DNA from: a virus
Reading direction: 5' to 3' (one strand)
IMG/VR virus record: IMGVR_UViG_3300029537_000007
Length of the DNA: 37,563 bases
In this document: piece after piece, positions 31,736 through 37,563 of the stretch
Layout: each line of letters begins with the position of its first letter
Numbering within the stretch: position 1 is the first letter of the stretch
Notes under the pieces: generated by a model
Databases searched by the model: none
Seen by the model: only the letters and a program-made list of their open reading frames with translations
What the model was told of the DNA's origin: nothing
Made by a program: the position numbers and the translations under genes

Positions 31736-32845
31736 TTAAAGGCCGTATATCGCCGCGATCCGTTCCGCATCGGCACGGGAAAGCATGCCCTGCTGATACG
31801 CAGAAGAAATCGCATATTGGATCTCGGCTTTTTGATCTTCTTCTGACATCTGCTGTGTAAACTTGTTATTCTTTCTGTTTTGGTCCATTTTGTACATCCA
31901 CGCCCGGCCACTGTTAGAAATATCGCCTTGCGACGTGCTTACACTGCTATTCCCGCCACCGGACGAATAGCTGCGGCTTGCCGCCTTTGCTGCGGCCTCG
32001 GCCTGTGCCTGCTGTAAAGCAAGCATCTGCTGCGTGTATGTGTTATCAAGGCTTTGCAACGCATCATATTTGCTTTGCAACACTTCCGCATTTTGATTTG
32101 CAAGCGCCTGCTCAAGCTGTAACTGATATGCCATTTTTTGCTGTTCATCAGCAGAAATCTGATTGTTATAGTTTTGCAGCGCAGTGGATTTATTGCTGTT
32201 CAGTGTGTCCAACAGCGTTGCAAGGCTGTCGTTGCGCCCGCGGTCAATCGTGTTTCGGTTGTTTCCGTAGGAATTGTACATGCCCGCCAGCGCGCTTTCT
32301 GACATGCCCCCCGTCAACCCCTGTGCCACCAGCGCCTGGGGAAGGTCACGCTTGCTCATCATATAGTTGATATACGCCTGCTGCTGGGCGCTGTCGGCGT
32401 TCTGGTTCACCCCGCGCGCACCGCTCTCATAGCTGGCCTGCAGCTGTGCCAAAGCATCGTTGTAGTTCTGCTGAAGCAAGTTGTTGCGGTTCGCATATGC
32501 CTCGTTCAGGTATCCCATGTTTTTGTCATAGGCAGCTTGTGCGGCCTCCTGCTTTTGCCGCGCCAATTCTTCCGCACGCCGTGCCGCCGCATCCTGTGCC
32601 GCCTGCACCTGGGCAAGCATGGCGGCGTAATAATTTGCCGCAGAAGCATTTCCGCCGATTTTTCCGCTTCCTCCCATATCGCTTGTAGAATCGGAAATGG
32701 GGTCTTGAGAAGAATCATCTGTTTTGGTTGGTATATATACCGAAACAGCTTTATTGTCTAAAACATTTTTGTTAAAATACGGATTATTTGGAGAGGGCCT
32801 TATACCATTATTTTTTTTATCGCTTCCCCAATCGCCCATAAGCAT
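31736..32845 (-). CDS. Q/N/A-rich coiled-coil protein (internal virion or ejection protein candidate)
   Basis: 369 aa with long low-complexity helical tracts (AQVQAAQDAAARRAEELARQKQEAAQAAY...) and a GGAAAGGAG RBS; co-oriented with the 2020-aa gene. Confidence 0.5.
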   Translation of the reverse strand: MLMGDWGSDKKNNGIRPSPNNPYFNKNVLDNKAVSVYIPTKTDDSSQDPISDSTSDMGGSGKIGGNASAANYYAAMLAQVQAAQDAAARRAEELARQKQEAAQAAYDKNMGYLNEAYANRNNLLQQNYNDALAQLQASYESGARGVNQNADSAQQQAYINYMMSKRDLPQALVAQGLTGGMSESALAGMYNSYGNNRNTIDRGRNDSLATLLDTLNSNKSTALQNYNNQISADEQQKMAYQLQLEQALANQNAEVLQSKYDALQSLDNTYTQQMLALQQAQAEAAAKAASRSYSSGGGNSSVSTSQGDISNSGRAWMYKMDQNRKNNKFTQQMSEEDQKAEIQYAISSAYQQGMLSRADAERIAAIYGL

Positions 32846-32863
32846 ATTTTTTTACTCCTTTCC

Positions 32864-32896
32864 AAAACGGCCCGCCCGCATCACGCCGGGCGGGCC
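32864..32896 (-). terminator. Rho-independent terminator between the holin and the 369-aa gene
   Basis: GGCCCGCCCG / CGGGCGGGCC forms a perfect 10-bp stem with an 8-nt loop, followed by UUUU on the minus strand. Confidence 0.65.
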
Positions 32897-32906
32897 TGTG
32901 TTGTAT

Positions 32907-33383
32907 TTATTCCGTTTTTCCGCCCGTCAGGCTTTCCCCCACGTCCTCCGTGCTGTTCTTCACCACAGCGAGGATTTTTTTCAAAAATCCTGGCAGGGGC
33001 GCGCCCAGCGCCGCCGCATTTTCGCAGATGCTCCCCATCTCCGTAACGATGTACCAGCACAACACCAGCGGGCACACAAGCACCGAATATTCAAACGGCA
33101 GCTTGATTGCTGTGATATTGTTGATGATGATTCCCAGCAGGCCATCCAGCGCTGCGGCCACCACAACCACGACAAGCATGCCGCCTTTATGCCATAGCCC
33201 GGCGCGGGCCGTGGCGCTGGACCAGCCGTCCTTTTTGCTGCCTGCCACGCTCCCGGTAATCCAATCCAGCAGCATGCAGGCTGCAAAGCCGATCACCAGC
33301 CAGCCCATCCATCCAAATACAGCCGTAATAGCTCCGGCAATGCCCACCACAGCCAGCTTGATTTTGTTCAGTGTCTCCATCAC
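32907..33383 (-). CDS. Holin (Phage_holin_4_1 / TcdE-like family)
   Basis: 158 aa with several TM helices and the motif LLDWITGSVAGSKKDGWSSATARAGLWHKGG; adjacent to the endolysin. Confidence 0.75.
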   Translation of the reverse strand: MMETLNKIKLAVVGIAGAITAVFGWMGWLVIGFAACMLLDWITGSVAGSKKDGWSSATARAGLWHKGGMLVVVVVAAALDGLLGIIINNITAIKLPFEYSVLVCPLVLCWYIVTEMGSICENAAALGAPLPGFLKKILAVVKNSTEDVGESLTGGKTE

Positions 33384-34315
33384 ACTGCACCTCCCAGCGC
33401 GGCTTTGGCCGATTCAATTCGCCGCAAATATTCGCCCGCCTGCTCGTTTGCCTTCGTCTCCCCAGCCTGCGCCCGGTCGGCGCGCTGCGTTTCTTCGGCA
33501 GCACGCTTGTCCGCTTCATCCGCGCGGCGGGCCTCGGCATCCGCCCGGGCGTTCGCCGCTTCAAGCTGTGCTTTCAATCCTTCTGCAGCATCGCTCGTGC
33601 CGCCTCCCTGCGCCACGCAGGCTGTGAAAGCGTCGCCCGGGGAGAGCGTCACAAGCTGGCAGCGGTCGGCCAGCACCACGGCGTAACGCTGCACTCCCGC
33701 CACGAAGATGCGCACCCAGCTGTATCCGCCGGAGCTGCCCACCTCGGCCTGCACCGGGTAGCATGTCCCCTCAATCAGCTTGCCGCCGTTGTAGGACTTG
33801 TCCACCGCATTCACATTGGGCGCGGTGAACACCTCGCATTTGCCGCTCGTCACCTTCAAGAATTTCATGTCGTTGTCCTCCTTGTCCGTTGCATCCGTAT
33901 AAGTTCCAACCGCGTTTCGAACGCCTGCATAGCCTGCCGGGTCTATGGCCGTGCCGTAAGCATTACGCACTTCAAAATGCGTGTGCGCGCCGAAGCTGTA
34001 CCCGGTGTTTCCCATCGTGCCAAGCGCCGTGCCAGCCTGTACCCGCTGCCCGGCCCGTACACGCAGGCTGCCCGCCGCCAAATGGCAGTAGTAATACTTG
34101 CGCCCATCATTTCCGTCAATGCGCACATAATAGCCCCACTGCCACGTCAGGCCACCCGCGCTTTTGGACACGGCACCCGCAAAGCCCACCGTGCCGCCCG
34201 CGACGGCGTGCACTGTTTTATCGTCGTCACCCACAAGGTCAATGCCGTTGTGCTCCGGCCGTGCTGCCAGCCGAAAGCCGGAGGTTACACGGTTGCGCCC
34301 CTTAAAAATCATCAT
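33380..34315 (-). CDS. M23 (LytM-type) peptidoglycan endopeptidase endolysin with an SH3-like middle domain and a coiled-coil tail
   Basis: HNGID (HxxxD) and GAHTHFE (HxH) motifs. The middle region KFLKVTSGKCEVFTAPN...WVRIF is SH3b-like. The C-terminus is an A/E/R-rich helix. Confidence 0.8.
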   Translation of the reverse strand: MMIFKGRNRVTSGFRLAARPEHNGIDLVGDDDKTVHAVAGGTVGFAGAVSKSAGGLTWQWGYYVRIDGNDGRKYYYCHLAAGSLRVRAGQRVQAGTALGTMGNTGYSFGAHTHFEVRNAYGTAIDPAGYAGVRNAVGTYTDATDKEDNDMKFLKVTSGKCEVFTAPNVNAVDKSYNGGKLIEGTCYPVQAEVGSSGGYSWVRIFVAGVQRYAVVLADRCQLVTLSPGDAFTACVAQGGGTSDAAEGLKAQLEAANARADAEARRADEADKRAAEETQRADRAQAGETKANEQAGEYLRRIESAKAALGGAV

Positions 34316-34443
34316 GCGCTTTCCGCCTCCCCAACAATTTCTTTGTACTGCGCTTCAGAAATAACGCCTTTAAGGACGGCCTGCCGCACCTGCGCTGCCG
34401 ACCACAGACCCATGTCGTACCACTTTTTAATGTTGTTGTACAT
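34312..34443 (-). CDS. XkdX-family small protein (unlisted)
   Basis: Hand translation gives MYNNIKKWYDMGLWSAAQVRQAVLKGVISEAQYKEIVGEAESA* (43 aa), with an ATGA overlap onto the endolysin start. It matches the XkdX pattern (W.....G.W....V...V.kG.Is..eYkeI). Confidence 0.7.
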   Translation of the reverse strand: MYNNIKKWYDMGLWSAAQVRQAVLKGVISEAQYKEIVGEAESA

Positions 34444-34445
34444 GC

Positions 34446-34790
34446 TTAACCCTCCAGCATCGTGTCTGTCATCATAGCCGTGTACGCAACCTGCGCCTCC
34501 ACCCGGTCAAGCGGCGTCGGCTCCGGCGCGGGCCGCGCAGCAATCTCTGCCGCCTTCTCCGCCTCTGTGCGTAGGGCTGGCGTACCGTCTGCCAGCTTGT
34601 AGTTCGCGCAGCCATCCGGCCCGAACAATGGTAGCGGGAAATAGTTTCCTTGGGCGTGGTGGTACTTATCGCTGTAGCCCTCATCAATAGCCGTCCAGCC
34701 CGCCGTGTCGGCCAGAAACGCGCTGCTGTTTATCTCCACAATGCGGCCTGCTTCGTCTGTGCGGACGTATACCGTATACTTTCCATCCAT
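34446..34790 (-). CDS. Tail-fibre-associated protein (XkdW-like position)
   Basis: 114 aa between the tail fibre and XkdX. Confidence 0.45.
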   Translation of the reverse strand: MDGKYTVYVRTDEAGRIVEINSSAFLADTAGWTAIDEGYSDKYHHAQGNYFPLPLFGPDGCANYKLADGTPALRTEAEKAAEIAARPAPEPTPLDRVEAQVAYTAMMTDTMLEG

Positions 34791-34803
34791 ACTTCTTCAC
34801 CTC

Positions 34804-36207
34804 TCATAGATCCGCAGACAATTCCAGTGTCGAACCGGACAATATACCTGTAACCGTTTGATTCTTTTGAGTAAAGGTTCCGGAGAAATCCAAAACGACC
34901 CAACCGGGTTTTGTAGATACACCCGGTGTGTAGCTAAATGACGCAGTGGTCCCGCTGCCAAAGTAAAATGTACCGGTTAAGGTCCCTACGGTCGGATTTA
35001 TCCGCATAGTCGATGCGGTTGGCAGCATAAGAAATACATGCTTACCTTCCCAATCGCAATAACCCACACCTATCATTTGCCACGCGGGAATACGTATATA
35101 GTATCGCTGACATTCTGCCATCTCCGCCCCGTAGCCCTTGGGCACATACGGCGTGGCCACGCTGCCTTTTTCCCACTTAATATAATTGACGGTGAGCGGC
35201 TTCTTCGGATAAATGCCAAGGTTATACATAGTGTTGTCTCCCGCATAGGTACAAAGCACGATTTCAAAGTCGTCGCAAGCATAGCTGGCAGGGACGTTTG
35301 CAAAAGCATCATACAAATCGCGGTCAATCACTTTCATTGTCGGGGTATGCAGCTTTCCGTTGGCATATATCGACACCGTAACATCGTCACCAATACTCAG
35401 TTGGTGCGCTCCCATTTCATTTGATTGCCACATACCGCATGCACGTGCTGCATAACTAGTGGCAGTTAAAGTAAAAGAAGCCACGGTATATGTAGTATTT
35501 TTTAAGATACGCCACCTATCAATACAATACATATGAGCTTCGGTAGCAGTCGTATAAGAAGCTGCACCTCTTTGATTTATTGGATTGGAAAAGTTTGTGT
35601 TTGTTCCGAGGTTCGGATACACCGCACCGTTCACCAGCTTATTCACTACGGAAAACCGCTTCTTGATCTTCCCGAACAGCACGGTCAGCTCTTCCCCCGT
35701 CTGGATATCCGCGTCCTGTGCCGCCTCGGTAAAAGACGCCGTTACGTTGGAGCCGTCCCCGTTGCGCGGCAAAAGCGGCTGCTGCTCGTTTCCGGGGTCA
35801 TAGATGCTTTTCGCCATGTCGCCCGCGCCCAGCTCCACCACCTTCGCGCTGATGGCCGCGTCCGTCTCAGCCTTGGAATAGGCCCCCGCCTGCGCCGCCG
35901 TCACCCCGTGGGGGTTGTCCGCGCGGTCCGTGTGCGCTTTTACAAGGTCCCGCAGTCCGTTCAGCACCGCCTGCAGCTTTCCCGCCGGCGCGGCCGTCAC
36001 CCCCTCGGGCGCCGCGGCGCCGATGTCGGCGGCCGCCGTTTCGGCCTCCAGCTGGCCGGCAAGCTCGTTGAACGCGGGCGCAAGCACCTCCCGCGGCAGC
36101 TCGTCCATAATGCGCTGCATCTCGGCGGTGGAAACGCCGGGCGTGTCCGGCCGCCCCACGTTCCCCTTGCCCAGCATATCCCCTTCTGTAATTTTTCGAA
36201 ACGCCAT
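34804..36207 (-). CDS. Tail fibre / receptor-binding protein
   Basis: 467 aa. The N-terminal part carries NPHGVTAAQAGAYSKAETD, a motif common in phage fibres. The C-terminal part is beta-rich and contains ECQRYY. Confidence 0.7.
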   Translation of the reverse strand: MAFRKITEGDMLGKGNVGRPDTPGVSTAEMQRIMDELPREVLAPAFNELAGQLEAETAAADIGAAAPEGVTAAPAGKLQAVLNGLRDLVKAHTDRADNPHGVTAAQAGAYSKAETDAAISAKVVELGAGDMAKSIYDPGNEQQPLLPRNGDGSNVTASFTEAAQDADIQTGEELTVLFGKIKKRFSVVNKLVNGAVYPNLGTNTNFSNPINQRGAASYTTATEAHMYCIDRWRILKNTTYTVASFTLTATSYAARACGMWQSNEMGAHQLSIGDDVTVSIYANGKLHTPTMKVIDRDLYDAFANVPASYACDDFEIVLCTYAGDNTMYNLGIYPKKPLTVNYIKWEKGSVATPYVPKGYGAEMAECQRYYIRIPAWQMIGVGYCDWEGKHVFLMLPTASTMRINPTVGTLTGTFYFGSGTTASFSYTPGVSTKPGWVVLDFSGTFTQKNQTVTGILSGSTLELSADL

Positions 36208-36218
36208 TGTATCCTCCT

Positions 36219-37563
36219 TTACGCCCGGTAATACCCGGTCTCCACAAATTCAATGCCGATGCCGTCCAGCCCGAACGGCTCGTTCAGCACGCCGTTTTCC
36301 ACCTTGAACCCCGCCTTGTCCACTTTTTTCAACCGGATTTTGTCCCCCAGCGTGCGGGGCGTGTCGTCGTTGGAGTAAGTGAACTTGGAATAGATCAGAT
36401 GCGCATAGGAAAAATACCGCGCCGTCACAAAATCGCTGAACAGCTCTTCCCATATGCCCGCAACGCGCCCCCACGCCCGCACGCCTGTCGCCAGCGCGCT
36501 GGCCAGCGCCACATAAAACCGGCTGAACGTTTTGTTGCGGTAAAAGGTCTTTCCACTCAAATCCGGCGTGCGCCAGCACGCGTAGATCGCCTCGCCGTTG
36601 TCGTTGTAGTTCAGCGGGTCGGACGGTTCGTTTGCAAATGCACAGAGCCTGCCGTCCGCCGTGCCGAACCACAGCGCGCCGTCCTGCTCCCACAACACGC
36701 GGGCCGGGATATTGGTGCAGTAAAAGCCCGCATACTGGCGCGTGGAATAGGGGGCCGAGCGGTCCGTCTGCGTGGCCTGCAGCCCGTCCAGAATGTACGC
36801 GCGCCCATTCAGGCACAGCCAGTACATATCTTTGTAAACCAGCGCGAACGCTTCCTCCAGCCCGTTTTCCTCCAGCAGCTTCCCGTTCAGGAAGAAGCTG
36901 CGGCTCTGGCTGTATTTTTCCCCGGTAATGTCCTGCGCCGTGATGGCGTAAACGCCCAGCTTTGTCAAAAACAGCGGTTCCGTGCCCAAATACCCAAACG
37001 AATATGGAGCAACTGCCCCTTCTCCTTGTAAAATGTTCACAATGCGGAACGCGGGCTTGTTGTCCACAAGATTTCCCTCCCGCACGATCACGTTCCGGTC
37101 GGAATCGGTAGAATCCTTGTGCGCCGCCAGCCGGGCGTTTACAATGGAATATCCCACAATGGCGCTGTCGCTCTGGCCCAGCACCGAATAGGCCTGATCT
37201 CCCCAGTAGGTGGGGTCGTTCAATCCGCTGTACCAGTCGTAGTTGATGAGCTGCGGGCTGCCGGACAAAAACAAACGGTCCGTCGCGCCGTTCACGCCGA
37301 ACTGGATGCCGATGCGGCATTTGTTGACGCGGTCCGCATAGCCCTCAACCGTGTGTGATGCGGTGATTCTCACATTGTCCTGCCCCGCCACCGGGGATAC
37401 GCCCGGCGCGGTGGTGAACGTGACCGTGCCCGCCGTTCGGTTTACAGTAAAGCCGCTGTTTTCCGCCATCGGCTTCCAGCTTCCGTCCGCCTGTAACAGC
37501 TCTACCTCCACGGGCGTACTGTCCAGCGGCACAAGGGACATTTGATACACCTTATCATTTTCT
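36219..37563 (-). CDS. 3' part of the 613-aa nozzle/tail-hub-like protein that begins at nt 596 across the junction
   Basis: Track ORF 36219..37550 (443 aa) is open upstream to the window end and in frame with 596..100. Nt 37465..37563 duplicate 1..99. Confidence 0.8.
   Translation of the reverse strand, partial: ENDKVYQMSLVPLDSTPVEVELLQADGSWKPMAENSGFTVNRTAGTVTFTTAPGVSPVAGQDNVRITASHTVEGYADRVNKCRIGIQFGVNGATDRLFLSGSPQLINYDWYSGLNDPTYWGDQAYSVLGQSDSAIVGYSIVNARLAAHKDSTDSDRNVIVREGNLVDNKPAFRIVNILQGEGAVAPYSFGYLGTEPLFLTKLGVYAITAQDITGEKYSQSRSFFLNGKLLEENGLEEAFALVYKDMYWLCLNGRAYILDGLQATQTDRSAPYSTRQYAGFYCTNIPARVLWEQDGALWFGTADGRLCAFANEPSDPLNYNDNGEAIYACWRTPDLSGKTFYRNKTFSRFYVALASALATGVRAWGRVAGIWEELFSDFVTARYFSYAHLIYSKFTYSNDDTPRTLGDKIRLKKVDKAGFKVENGVLNEPFGLDGIGIEFVETGYYRA
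37465..37563. repeat. Terminal overlap copy 2, identical to 1..99
   Basis: Exact 99/99 identity with the window start. Confidence 0.95.

Noticed and set aside
1-37563. A diversity-generating retroelement, retron or CRISPR-Cas, and recoded stop codons
   Set aside because: There is no reverse-transcriptase-like ORF, no template/variable repeat pair near the fibre gene, and no cas genes. All long ORFs close normally with standard stops and tight gene packing, so there is no sign of an alternative genetic code.

Overview
The window is a complete, circularly closed temperate phage genome with a unit length of 37,464 bp. The first 99 nt recur exactly as the last 99 nt, and one virion gene reads across that junction. 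Almost everything is on the minus strand in three blocks. The first is an early/replication block (18978 down to 7144): cro-like HTH, P-loop ATPase, DUF669/SSB-like protein, ERCC4 nuclease, CHC2 zinc finger, DUF927-type helicase, an iteron-rich putative origin, a Lar-like protein, a Dam-type methyltransferase and a MazG-like protein. The second is a podovirus-style morphogenesis block (7048 down through the junction to 34446): terS, terL, portal, scaffold, capsid, adaptor, a 613-aa nozzle-like protein, tail fibre and XkdX. The third holds lysis genes (M23 endolysin, holin), then a terminator-insulated pair encoding a Q/N/A-rich 369-aa protein and a 2020-aa multidomain protein. The plus strand carries the lysogeny operon: XRE repressor, ImmA-like protease, a membrane-anchored ComEC-type MBL hydrolase and a tyrosine integrase. 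Next comes an attP built on the 3' 63 nt of tRNA-Ser(GCU). Beyond it is a visibly AT-richer accessory island holding a receiver-less Spo0A-C-domain protein, an RHH regulator, a 4-TM protein and a Panacea/DUF4065 antitoxin-like gene coupled to an unrecognised 159-aa partner. A second AT-richer, opposite-strand two-gene island (17870..18698) interrupts the early operon. The gene content (XkdX, Spo0A_C, ImmR/ImmA, tRNA-Ser sequence) suggests a Clostridia/Firmicutes host, which is inference. All functional calls come from motif recognition by eye; no searches were run.
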